DNA of 64,000 nt from Raja brachyura (lineage: Eukaryota). The stretch lies in NCBI GenBank assembly GCA_963514005.1, contig OY740790.1, positions 31,868,001 through 31,932,000 of the forward strand, in the 5' to 3' direction. Within the stretch, counting starts at the first letter, position 1. Each line of letters starts with the position of its first letter. The translations under genes and the position numbers were made by a program. This document shows, one piece after another, positions 12,076 to 24,230 of this stretch. The notes beneath the pieces are model-generated. The model was not told the origin of the DNA. It saw nothing but the letters and a program-made list of their open reading frames with translations, and searched no databases.

Positions 12076-12191
12076 TTTATCATAAGTAATTCACTCATTG
12101 TTTAAATAATTTGACCAAATAAACAGTGAAACGATCGACATTAAAATAAAACTTTATATAATCATTTATTTCCCCAATTTATTTGTTTACA

Positions 12192-12585
12192 TTACATCTG
12201 ATCTTCATCTGAATATTCTTCATCAGATTCCAAGTCTTTTGCAGTAATAGAGTTTCTGCAGTCAACACACTTACATAAATCTGTACATGGCACACCATGC
12301 TGTTGACATGAGCATCTTCCTTTCCCTGTACTTGATTTCTCACAGCTTGGTTTCTTGCATGAACAGTATGTTAATTCTAGTAAGGTGCTTGGGGCTGGAG
12401 GCAGATCACCCCGAGTCGATGTCCAATTCACCACCTACAATTTTCCACCCATGTTCATGTTTGTTGACCATCACTGGTCATGGATCGAAGCAGTCTCTTT
12501 GGGGCCAGCTCATCTGCTTCACCATCAGGAACTGCCTCTTGAGGTGATTCAACTGCTTCAGGCTTTTCAGTGTCATGAACTCAAT
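12192..12585 (-). pseudogene. Transposase C-terminal exon remnant with CXC/Cys8 finger
   Basis: LPPAPSTLLELTYCSCKKPSC...CSCQQHGVPCTDLCKCVDCRN, preceded out of frame by HGWKIV. Confidence 0.75.
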
Positions 12586-13562
12586 TGAAAGAGGAAAAAG
12601 AAAACAGAAAAGGAATGAAAAGTAAAATAAATCAACATCCTCAAATATATATTTTCATTTTTCAAAGTAACATCATATGACCGTAAATAAAAAGAATTGT
12701 TGTTTGAGTCCTATCATTACCTTTCTTCCTTCTAGACCTTGCTATAGTTCCATTTATTGTTATGTTGCAGAAGTGATGATAGCACTCTGCATGATAACCC
12801 GGCAGCTTAATAATAGAAGATAAAATGTGTCAGGGAGTATTTTACATCTTTTCATGTTTTATATTATGTAAGACAATAGCAACATATCAATGGGGAAATT
12901 ATACATGTACGCATGTCCAGGTTGATGGGATGGCAAGTCTGCAAATTATCAAATTAGTGTTCATTATGGCACAGTGCCTACAGTGCATGTCCACACAAAA
13001 CACTTTTGTGTGGACAGGCTCTGAAGAGTGGAGGGGCAGAAGCTGCAGAAAAGATCTCATAGTACTTAGGTCTGCATGGACTTCAATTCATAACATGTCA
13101 ATCACTTTTTAATGTCAATGAGACTTGCACTGTAATTTACTACCATAGATATGTTAATTCGGGTTCAAGTGGAGGGGCAGAGGCTACAGAAAAAAAAAAT
13201 CTCATAGTCATTAAGTCTGCATGGACTTCAATTCATAAAATGTCAACCTCTTCTTAATGTCAATGAGACTACCACTAAGTTGCTACCAATGATAAATTGG
13301 TTCAAGTACAAGTTCACATACACCAATTTATTTCTACATAAACATCAACCATTTCTGACCATTTATCACTCTGATGAAAGCCAATAAATTGCAGTCAATA
13401 TTCCTCTGTTGTTCTCCCATGGTCGGGGCCTGGAAATGGCCGCTACAGACGGCACTATGTATAGCCTCCCCCCCGCGGAGATGATCCAAACACACTCTGC
13501 AGCACCGCGTTCGCGAGTCGGCCGCTTCTTAATTGAGACCGCGGTTTCACTATGTTAAGTAC

Positions 13563-13924
13563 TATGAGACAGAGATGAGAAAAATGTTTTCACACAGAGA
13601 GTGGTGAATCTCTTCTCTGCCACAGAAGGTAGTTGAGGCCAGTTCATTGGCTATATTTAAGAGGGAGTTAGATGTGGCCCTTGTGGCTAAGGCAATTAGG
13701 GGGTATGGAGAGAAAGCAGGTACGGGATACTGAGGGTTACACAAAAGGCTGGAGAAACTCAGCGGGTGCAGCAGCATCTAAGGAGCGAAGGAGATAGGCG
13801 ACGTTTCGGGTCGAGACCCTTCTTCAGACGGGATACTGAGTTGGATGATCAGCCATGATCATATTGAATGGCGGTGCAGGCTCGAAGGGCCGAAAGGCCT
13901 ACTCCTGCACCTATTTTCTATGTC
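13563..13924 (+). mobile_element. Short CR1 3' end inserted in the Academ element
   Basis: Same 3' UTR as the CR1 at 5771. TSD TAAGTAC at 13556-13562/13925-13931. Confidence 0.88.
13735..13827 (-). mobile_element. 93-bp Penelope pseudo-LTR mini-insertion starting at the hammerhead core
   Basis: 13-bp TSD ACGGGATACTGAG at 13722-13734/13828-13840. Minus strand begins CTGAAGAAGGGTCTCGACCCGAAACGTC. Confidence 0.88.
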
Positions 13925-14084
13925 TAAGTACATAGGCCCTGTGGTTGGAGCACTTTTTCCCGGTAAGTGATCACAGGCAGCTGCGAGAATAGACCTTAAA
14001 AACTTATTAGACTTCAACAAGCTGGTATTAGTGACAATTTTTATTTTACTTTGCTAAGGATACATAGTTTAGGCCCTCAACTTC

Positions 14085-14172
14085 ATGAATGAATGAATTA
14101 ATTAATTAATTAATGAGTGAATGAAGAATGAATGAAAGAATGAATGAGTGAATGAAGAATGAATGAGTGAAT
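14085..14172. repeat. (GAAT)n-type microsatellite
   Basis: Directly visible. Confidence 0.85.
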
Positions 14173-15418
14173 GTACAGCCTCCAAATCTCATTTTTTCAC
14201 ATTATAAAAGGGTGCAATTAAATTAAAGTCCATACAGATTAATTTTCATAAATTCAGACTTTAGATCTTACCTTTCCATTCCAGTTGATTCATAATGTTT
14301 CACTGGCCTCACAACTTGGCTGCCCTCTTTGTGTTGCAACACCTTAACTCTTGCATGGACTTTACTTCCAAGACTTTCTTCCACGTCTATCCACTTAGCT
14401 GCAAATTCTTCAGACTTCTTAATGCTTTTCTCACTAAATTCAATTACCCTGCTGCAAGTTTCCATGACATGTATTTCACAGAACAACAATGAACCTTCAT
14501 CGGAATCTCCAGTAAAACAGGCATCAGTAGAAGCACTTTCAGTCATGATGTGTGCTCCCTGCCTAGCTAGCCTGAAACAAAGCTCGTGATTGGCCAACTG
14601 GCATCCGACTCAATGTCAAACGTGCTTTGATTGGACTAAAAATACCCAAACATTTTCCGTTTTTTCTCTAATTTAATTAAAAATGTGCAAGTTTTGTTCT
14701 TGACAAGTTTCAGGGATGATTTATGTAATATTTTTACACAATATGCGAAAATTTAATGTAGTTCCGTGAGTTGCGTCACGAAACTGCACAAAAAAGCTCC
14801 TCGGCCCACAGCTTATTAAATCTTTCCTACGACTTTTAAATGTTTCTAGTCCCTGCCTCAACTACCTCCTCTGGCAGCTTGTTCCATACACCTACCACCC
14901 TTTGTGTGAATGGCAAATCTGTGCAAAGTTGTTATATGTAGAAAAATGTTTTACAGAGTGGGTGAAACAGCACCTGTTGTCAAGTACAATGTAAATATAA
15001 AATCAATGGAAAAATATTCTTGCTTAAAACAATTTCAAAGTTGAGTTATTAAAAATGGGTATGGTATAAAATGCATAATTAAGTCTGCACAAAGCATGGA
15101 TAATCTTCTGGTTTAAAGAAGTAATAGGGAACATGCAGAGATTTAATACAATGAACATTACAATGCTCAATACAATGAACACTCATGATTACAAAATATA
15201 ACCACTTTTGTTGTTCAATGAAACTCAACTATTGCCCAGAACCTGCTGTAACAAGAGGAGGGTTAAGGAGTCTGAATGGAACTGTTTCAAAAGATGAAAT
15301 GCTATTCTCTGTTTTATAACTTTCTCTGTTTTATAACTTTCTCTGTCAAAAATATATAATTAGTTACTTTTGTGGTGGACAGGTACATAAAAGGGAGAGG
15401 AATTGAAGGATGCAATGA

Positions 15419-15964
15419 CAGGAAGTGCAGCAGAAAGGGACAACTATAGTGTAAATATGAAGGTGGGATACATAGAAAGACAGCCAAGTGCTTCTGCGCT
15501 GTAAAATTAATGTTACATTTGATGAGACAGACATCCAAGGGCTCCCATTACCAAAACACGTCTTCCAACCCTGGGCTGCTCGGAAAGTAGGTTTCAATTT
15601 CACAAGCACTGCGTTAGAAAGTTCGATTGCAGCAGCTTGGTTTTTTTGATGACTGCGTGTGAGAAGGATCACACATTTCAGAGGTGTGAAAATTGCGTGT
15701 GGTTTAAGCTGAGCCCTGTAATAGAATCACCAGAGCTCAGCACTGAGGAACACAGCTTAGGTGTGGTTTAAACAGCAGACACGCTAGTTTAAAACTCACC
15801 AGTAGCCCGAAGGTCCTCCTCCCAAAAGCAACATGAGTCGTTCTCGTTCATGCTGGCGCCGCTTTGTGACCTGACTCCGGTAGCCGAGCTTCAACCGGGG
15901 GATTTTCAAGGAGCGTTCCAGCTGTGACACGTGGAAGGCCGGCGGTGCTGGACTGATGTGAACG
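15419..15964 (+). promoter_or_regulatory. Putative promoter and non-coding exon 1 of the cytokine-receptor gene
   Basis: Repeat-free, CpG-retaining patch. Strong donor CG|GTAAGC at 15964/15965. Motifs: ETS 15419-15426, T-box 15669-15690, RUNX 15698-15704 and 15762-15768, kB-like 15898-15907, E-box 15928-15933. The link to the gene is inferred. Confidence 0.5.
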
Positions 15965-17174
15965 GTAAGCGGTCTGGGTTGTTTCTCAGGGTCAGGGGCA
16001 CTGCTTGGTGATAGTGTTGGGGAGACGCCGGCTGTTGGAGCAGACGGGTCAAGACTTGGGGCTGGGGAGCACGAGTGGAGCAGCAGCGGTCAGTAGAGGA
16101 GGGCCGGCTGAGTTCTTAGCGGACAGCGAGTCTGTCCAACTAGTCTGATGCTGTCGGCTTAAAAAGTCTGATGTGTGTGTTTTTAAAGATTAATTATCCG
16201 AGTTATTTCAATTCAGTTTTGTTATTTTGTCTCTGGTGAAGGAAATGTGTTTTTAATCGTCAATGTCAGTTTTCAACCCAATAAATATTTCCATCACGTA
16301 TGATTCATACAGGGGAGGGGGGGCATTCTGGTTTGATCTAAATTGCCAAAGGTATAGACGAATTGCTATTTATTTCCATTCGTTTACAAGCTACACGATT
16401 ACACCCAAAAACATTTTGTTGGGAATGCAGTCAAATTAGAAAATTGCTTGGATGAGCAGAGAAAAACAGTTAGCGGTTCAGATTGATGGCCCTTCACCAG
16501 AACGAAGCGATTTATTGGGAATGCAGGTTAGGCTGATCATTCATTCAATCAATATCAACGTGACTTGGCCACCCGTCAGGGCAGGTGTGGGTGGCTTGGT
16601 GAATTTCCATGAAGCATGATGGACAGTTGTGCGGCTGGTCGGTGGAGAAAGGTCGGGTAGGAGGAGGGGACACTTTGGGAACACATTATGGACAGCGGCT
16701 GCCATGTTATTGCTTCCTAATTGTGGCAACTGTATTTGATACTTCATGTTGCTCTCCATTTGAGATTCCCGTCTGCTCGATGAGATTGCAGCTGGAGATA
16801 ATTAGACGCTAAGCAGCTGGTTGTTGATCTGAAGGAACCCAGCAAGCGGCCTGGCGAGGAACCGCTATAAGAAGTATCTTGGCGCAGTACAGTTGTACAG
16901 TGCAGACATGGGCTCTGGGTCCAACCATGGCCACCGATATTTTGTGCCTATCTATATTAATTCCATACGCTCACACTCTTATATTCCTTGAATATTTTGA
17001 ATGCCTGTCTGAATATGTATTGGATGCCTAAATCCCTCAGTTCTCTTGAGCAGCCTGTTTCAGATATCAACTACTCCCTGTGAAATAAAACCTCAATGGT
17101 CTTTAAAACGAATATTCTATCTTAATGTGATTATCCTTGAGAGGGGTTCAAAAAGGATGTTACTGGGATTGGGG

Positions 17175-18375
17175 AACAACACAGAAACAGGCCCTTCATG
17201 CCGCCCAATGTGCCCCATCTACACTAGTCCCACTGCCTGCCTTTGGCCCATATTCCTCTAAACCTTTCCTGCTTGTGTACCTATTCAAATGTCTTTTAAA
17301 ATTTGTTATAATTTCTGCCTTGACTACCTCCTTCAGCAGTTCATTCGATATACCCACCACCCTCTGTGTGGAAAAGCTGGCCTTCCGATTTCGATGAAAT
17401 CTTCTTTCTCAGCTTAACCCTATGTCCACTGATTCTTAAGTCCCATATTATAGGTAAAAGACTGGGCATCTACCATATCTCCCTCATGATCTTGTACATC
17501 TCGATATGATTATCTCTCATCCTCCTGCACTCTAAGGAATACAGTCGGCCTACCCAACCTCATCCTTCTGTGCTCCAAGGAATACAGTCCTAGCTTGCCC
17601 AACTTCTCCCTACTGCAGTTAGGCCCTCGAGTCCTGACAACATCCTTGTAAATCGTCTCGGCACACTTTCTAGCTTAACAACATCTTTCCTGCAGCAGGG
17701 TGATCAAAACTGAACACAATACTCCAACTGTGGTCTCACCAGTGCCTGGTGCAACTGTAACATAACATCCCAACTTCTATACACAAAAACATGACCGGTG
17801 AAGGCCAATGTGCAGAAAACCTGTCTTAACTACCTTGTGTTTAAGAAGGAACTGCAGATGCTGGAAAATCGAAGGTAGACAAAAGTGCTGGAGAAACTCA
17901 GTGGGTGCAGCAGCATATATGAAGCGAAGGAAATAGGCAACATTTCAGGCTGAAACCCTTCTTCAGACTACCTTATTTACCTGTGACACCACTTTGAATG
18001 AACTATATATCTGCACTCCTAGATCCATCTGCTCTACAACACTCCCCAGAGCCCTACTATTTACTGTGAAGGTCGGGACCTGGCTAGTCGTCTCAAAATG
18101 CAACAGCTCCCATTTATCTGCATTCAACTCCATTAAACCTCTGCCCACTTGCCCAACTGATCAAGATCCTGCTGCAACCTCTGATAACCATCTTCAATAT
18201 CTACAATACCACCCACGGTAGTGTCACCTGCAAACCTTTGAATCGTGCCTTGTCCAAATCATTGATGCAGACCACAAACACCAATGGGCGCAACACCAGT
18301 CCTTAGGGCTCACCACTAGACTGAGGACTCCAGTTCAAAATCAACCTTCCACCATCACCTCTGCTTCCATCCATG
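17175..18375 (-). mobile_element. Old CR1 3' fragment
   Basis: ORF 17963-18148 ELNADKWELLHF...LGVQIYSS.KV; CR1-type 3' end. Confidence 0.8.
17837..17966 (-). mobile_element. 130-bp Penelope pseudo-LTR mini-insertion
   Basis: TSD ACTACCTT at 17829-17836/17967-17974. The 5' end (minus strand) is again the CTGAAGA box. Confidence 0.82.
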
Positions 18376-18394
18376 AACTTTAGTTATAAGTAGA

Positions 18395-19010
18395 GACATG
18401 TTGGAATGGGGCTGTTTTCCCTTGAGTGTAGGAGATTGAAGGTTACCTTTACAGAGGATTATAAAATAATGATAGGCATAGATAAGGTGAATGGTCAATC
18501 TTTTTCCCGAATAGGGGAGTTTAAAACTTAGAGGGCTTAGGTCTAAGGTGAGAGGGGACAGATTTAAAGGGGACATGAGGAGCAAGTTTTTCACACTGAG
18601 AACAGTGGGTAAATGGTACAAGCTGCCAGAGGAAAGGCCTTGGGATTTTCTTTCATCTGATTTACCAAAGACATTTTGCTTCAGAAAAGCAGTCAACATA
18701 ATCAAAGATTTGTCCCTCTCCAGTAATTCCTTTAAGGTGAGATGGGCAAAATTTAAAAAATGTGTAGGGCAAGTTTTTTTTTACACAGAGGGTTGTAAGT
18801 GCCTGGAACACATTGCTGGGAATGGTGCTTGAGACAATACAATATTGGCGTTTAAGAGACTTTTGGATAGACATATGGATATGCAGAGAATTGAGGTATC
18901 TGGATTATGCCCAGGCACATTAGAGTTGATCTTGGTGTCACATTCAGCACTGACATTGTGGGCCAGTGGGACTGTCCTGGTGCTGTAACATTCTATGTTC
19001 TATGTCTAAG
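18395..19010 (+). mobile_element. Degenerate CR1 3' fragments
   Basis: RGDRFKGDMRSKFFTLR.VG.W..LPE; TTCTATG tail. Confidence 0.75.
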
Positions 19011-20362
19011 GTAAGGAGAAATAATCTTAATCAGTCAGATCATTGATGTGAGGAATTAAAAATGACCTTTCACTTAAAGGTTGGTATTAAAATAAGGAGA
19101 GGCAATAATATCTAAAGGATATTGCTCTTAATAGACAATAGGTGCAGGAGTAGGCCATTTGGCCCTTCGAGCCAGCACCTCCATTCAATATGATCATGGC
19201 TGATCATCCCCAATTAATACCCCGTTCCTGCCTTCTCCCCATCTCCCCTGACTCCGCAATAAAAAAAGGTACAATTCTTAAATGGCAATAGAAGTAGAGT
19301 GATTTGGAAACAAACCTGCACATGTACCTCTGGGGACAGGCAAATTAATAAAAATGTTGGGGGTAAAAAAGATGGTTCTGTGCTTTATAACAGAGGCAAA
19401 GAATACAACAAGGAAGTCAGCTGAATCTCTGTAAGATATTGTTCATCCACATCTGGAGTAAGGTGTCCAGATCTAGGCACTATACATCTTTAGAGGAATT
19501 ATAGTCATACATTCATAGAGCATGGATACAGATACTTTGGCCCAACCCATCCATGCTGACCAAGAATCCCATCTAAGCTAGTTCCAGTTCGCTGCAGTTG
19601 ACCCATATTCCTCTGAACCGTTCCTATCCATGTACTTGTCCAAGTGTCCTTTATATGCTGTTATAGTAACAGCCTCCTCTGATAGTTCGTTCCTTTCACC
19701 CACCTAATTCGCCAAGACTATTTGGGGGGCCTTTTGTACACTCGAACAGATGATCATCCCCTTTTTATTTCAGCTCCACCCATGTAGCTTCACTGGATGA
19801 ACCATCAGTTATGTCATCTTGGACTGCTGGCATGACCTTCTCTGTAATGTAGATCAATTGCCTGTAGCACCTGTACCTTGCATCTGCCAGTCCTATCACT
19901 CCCTTACCCAGATTCCGTAATGTCTGTGATGGCGCATTTGCAAATACCTATCCATGGCCTGTATTCATCCGCCTTACCCTTCAGGCCACTCGTATTGAAA
20001 TAAATGCAATTTAATCCAACAGTCCTTCCTCCCTCCCTGCCATGCTCTTGCCCATCCTGTCTCCTGAACTGAAAGCTTTGATTGCCTTCTAAACTGACTT
20101 CCAACTTCTCACCTGCCTCACCCCTGCATTGGATCCCGACCCCCTGCCTAACTGGTATAACACTCCAGAGAAGCACTAACAAACATACCCCAGGATATTG
20201 GTTCCCCTGTGGTTCAGGTGCAACATGTCCCTCTTGTACAATACCCTGTGCTTTTTTACTAGAATGATGCCTGGATTAGGGGATAGCTACAGGGAGAAGT
20301 CAGACAGACTTGGATTGTTTTCTCTGGAATGCTAGAGGTTACGGGGGGACCTGATAGAAGTA

Positions 20363-20814
20363 CAGGTTGTACATCGATTTTCCGGCACCCTCTGTTCCAG
20401 AGCCTTTCTAGATTATCAATTTTTTCTGGACCAATAGAGGTCACATGATAATGAAATGGCAATACACCCCTGGCTCTCTAATGACACCCCTCTCATGTCT
20501 CGAAAGCACCAGCGAGTGCCAGAAACGTAAAGAAAACAAATATAAAATGTAAACTGAATTTGAATGGAATGCCCGGCCAACCCATCCCCAACTCCCACCG
20601 TCTCTCCAGCCATCTAGTGTCACAGCTTCTGACCCCACTCCTGACTCACAAGGTGCATCAGCAAGCCTTTCTTCACCCACTGCAGGTTCCAGTGACACGG
20701 CTGTTGTTGCAGCTCATGTTTTAGCCCCTGAGGACAGCACTTCCTTCGCCTCCTCCTTCCCACCCCCCCCCCCCCTCCTCCCCCCGCCATTTGCCCGCCC
20801 CCTCCCCCCTCCTG
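20363..20814. mobile_element. Possible Tigger/pogo-like DNA element remnant inside a CR1
   Basis: TA|CAGGTTGTACATCGATTTTCCGGCACCC start and CCTG|TA end. The right TIR is otherwise not evident. Confidence 0.35.
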
Positions 20815-22784
20815 TATGAGAATGGTATCAGGGTTGGAAGGATTTCAATTGCACAGACTGGAGAAACTGAGATAGTTGCACTCAGAAACGTCATTTGATA
20901 GTTATGTTCAAAATTGCAAAAGATCTGGAGAGAGAGAAAACTGGCAGAGGCGTCAAGAACCAATGGACACAGATTTAAGATGATGGCAGAAGAAACATAG
21001 GGGTATCAAGGGAACTTGTTTTCATGCAGAACGTTATTCAGTCTGACCATCAAACACCCTTCTACACTTATCCTGATTTCCTCTTGAATACCCAACAACT
21101 CCCATCTCTCATTCTGATTTTCACGCACAGCCGGGGAAAATTTCAGCAGCAAATTAAACTACCAGCCGAAACGTCTTTGAGGCACTGTTGTTTGGCAGGG
21201 GTGAAAATTCAATGGGCACTTGTTCGGCATTTGCAGGGGTAAAAATACTATGTTTGGATTAGTAGGTGAAAGGGAGGGGGTTGGCAGTAGGGAAATAGCA
21301 ATGGGTGTACATTCATATCATCTGCTCCTTGTGAATCAGAGAATTGAGAGATGAGCAGGTGATTCAAGCTGTAAAGATGGATGAAGTATGGCGATTTTCT
21401 GATTTTGGTCCCAGTGTTGTCTGCCCGGAGTCTGGATAAGCAAGTGACCCTGCCTTCCTCATTTTAACATCTACTGTCTCCAGTGGCGCAGCTCTCTGCC
21501 CTGCAATGTTTGAATAGCTGCAGGGTGTATAAACTGTGAGAAGTGGAGGTGACGCTTCTAACACAGTTGAGGATGTGGCTAAAAGTATAAATAGTAGCCA
21601 AGCACTTTGACAGATACAGACCACTGATGGATGAGTGCTAAGGGTGCAGTACACTACAGACTAGCTGAGCAGAGTGACCAATATCAGGAAAGGACATTTC
21701 AGAATGTTTGTCTTTGACCACACATGTGAGCTCACTAAACTGATTGTAACTATGCACTCGGATTCCCAGGGATAGACTCAAAGCATTGACCTTGGGTACC
21801 ATGAGCTCCAGTTGGCATTTGAAGAGGGTAGTGGTGTTATTCTGATGGTGTTCTGCAAGGATCTGTGCTGAGACCCTATTGTTTCACACACACTGGAGTA
21901 CTACAGTGGAACTGGGATTACTTACTATTATGTGTTCTACACAAAAGTCATTATAACTCTGGGATATGAATCACCATAAGACACTGTGAACATTTTGATA
22001 ATATTTTTCCCATTGTGTGCAGTGGGAGCTCACTTTTTTTGCAAGTCACAGTGGCCATTGTGCTGCTCGGTATTGGATGAGTTTTTGTTTTCCTCTCCAT
22101 TTGGGCTTGACCTTTGCTTCAGCAGGGTCATTCCTGAACAGCAGAATAATGACCACGTGTCCTTTCGCAAAGGTCAATATTAAATAATTAATTTAATATT
22201 GACTGGAATTTATTTAATGCAAAAGGCCCAGATCGGGCAGAATTTGTTCGGTGTATCCTGTAAGTGAATAGGAGGAGTGTCCATACATGACCTAGTATTG
22301 GAAAATGAACCTGGCAATGTGACTGGTGATTTGGTGGAAGATTATTTTGGGAATAATGATTACAACTCATAGATTTTAAGATAGTTATGAATAAGAATGT
22401 CTACCATTGAGGAAAATACTAAATTAAATGATTACGAAGGACCTAGGAACAGTAAATTAGGAATAGTTTTTATTGGGCAAGTCAACATTTGACCCGTGGG
22501 AGTCGTTTAGGCCAGTTGATGAAAGTACAGGTCCAGCATGTTCCAGTAAGGAGGAGGGATAAGGATGACAAGGTAATGGAACCAAAGAGGTTGGAAATTT
22601 GATCAAAAAGGTTTAAGATGATGAAATCAAGTCAAGTCAAGAGAGTTTATTGTCATGTGTCCCTGACAGGCCAATGAAATTCTTGCTTTGCTTCAGCACA
22701 ACAGAACATAGTAGGCATTGACTACAATCAGACAGGGCTTTTGAGGAATATATAGCAAGTGGCAAATTAGAAGGGCAAAAAGGG

Positions 22785-23140
22785 GCCAGGTGAAGTGTAG
22801 ATGGAATCAATGATGGGAAGTCTGGTCTGTGATGAACTGGGCTACATCTACAACTTTCTGCAATTTCTTGCGTTCTTGGACATTTCCCAAACCAAGCAGT
22901 GATGCAACCCAACAACGTGCTTCCTATGGTGCATTTGTGGAAGTTTGTAAGAGTCATTGGAGACGTGCTGAATTTCCTCAGTTCCTGCAGACACTGGAGA
23001 CATTGGAGTGCTGCCTTGGCTGTCACTTCCATATCCTTGGTCCATGACAGATTGTTGGTAATATTATCCCCAAGGATCTTGAAGCTCTCAACCATTTCCA
23101 GTGGGGCACCATTGATGCTGATTGGGGTATATACTCCTAC
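22785..23140 (-). mobile_element. Rex1/Babar-type LINE RT C-terminal fragment
   Basis: LG.NITNNLSW...LRKF....LTNF.KCTI.S.L.GCITAWFG. Confidence 0.75.
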
Positions 23141-24212
23141 ACTTCAAGAAGTCTGAAGATCATTGATTCAAGTGGGGTCTGAAAGATTATTATTAACATA
23201 CCGACAATAGCAGTTCTCTTTAATGCCTGGGTTAGAAACCACCTTTTGACAGTTTTGTTGTAAGGTAATTCATCTAAAACACCGCCTAGCTTGCTGAGTG
23301 TAGCATTTTCTATTTTAATTTTAGATTTCCATTAATCTGCTTTAAGCAACATTGGGTCCTGGTTATTGATCTGTTTAAGTTTAAACTTAATGACCTCACA
23401 TTGTTGATTCATTTAATTTTTCTGAAGTGTTAAGATATAATTGTCATCTTGCTCCACTGTGAAGGTTGTCAGAAAGTTATTATTCAAAACTGCCATTTCT
23501 ATATTTTCACTTGCAATATTACTTGCATCTGGTTTTCTACAACGCAACTTGTTTTGAGGAAATTGTATGACATTTTTTGTTCATTTGATAACCCTTTCAT
23601 GATCCCTCCTTGTACTCCCTTTTATCATTTGTATTTATTACTTTTTGTTTTTCTGTCTGTCATTTTCCTGGTTTTACTCTATTCTTTGCATTTTTGTATT
23701 TTCTTTCCGCTAGGATAATGCTATATCTAAACTGGTCCCATTTTCACACATTTAGCCCATATCTTTCTAACCCTTTCCTATCCATGTACCAGTCCAGGTG
23801 TCTTATAAATGCTATGATTGTACGTGCCTAAACTACCTCCTCTGGCAGTTCATCCAATACACCTATTACTATCTAAATGAAAAAGTAACCCCTGAGATTC
23901 CCATTAAATCTTTCCCCTCTCTCCTTCAACCTACAGTGCCCTCCATAATGTTTAGGACAATGACCCATCATTTATTTATTTGCCTCTGTACTCCACAATT
24001 TGAGATTTGTAATAGAAATAATCACATGTGGTTAAAGTGTACATTATCAGATTTTAATAAAGGTCATTGTAATGTATTCATACATATTCATGTATATGTT
24101 AATGAGTTGGTGTCCAATATAAGCAGGGAATGTTGGGTAATAAATCTCTCTCTCGTGATCCAGGCAACCTGCATGTAAGTTATTCATTCTGCCGTCCAGA
24201 ATATAACACAAT

Positions 24213-24230
24213 TGGCGACGAGGATGGGAT
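24213..24230 (+). other. Primer-binding site complementary to tRNA-Ser(GCT)
   Basis: TGGCGACGAGGATGGGAT matches the reverse complement of the tRNA-Ser(GCT) 3' end (ATCCCATCCTCGTCG-CCA) as recalled. Confidence 0.85.

Larger units (their letters stand above)
10938..14815 (-). mobile_element. Internally deleted Academ-type DNA transposon
   Basis: TIRs TAGGCTGTGGGCCGAG (10938) and CTCGGCCCACAGCTTA (14800-14815), with imperfect pairing extending about 80 bp (TTTCGTGAC, GAACTACATTA). It splits a CR1 3' end. Minus-strand remnants: Cys8 finger at 12192-12434 and GYHAECYHHF at about 12770-12800. Confidence 0.75.

Noticed and set aside
11724-12105. His/Thr- and Cys/Val-rich ORFs
   Set aside because: Translations of a TG microsatellite.
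12192-12434. Host tesmin/LIN54-like CXC gene
   Set aside because: It lies between transposon TIRs and is frameshifted upstream.
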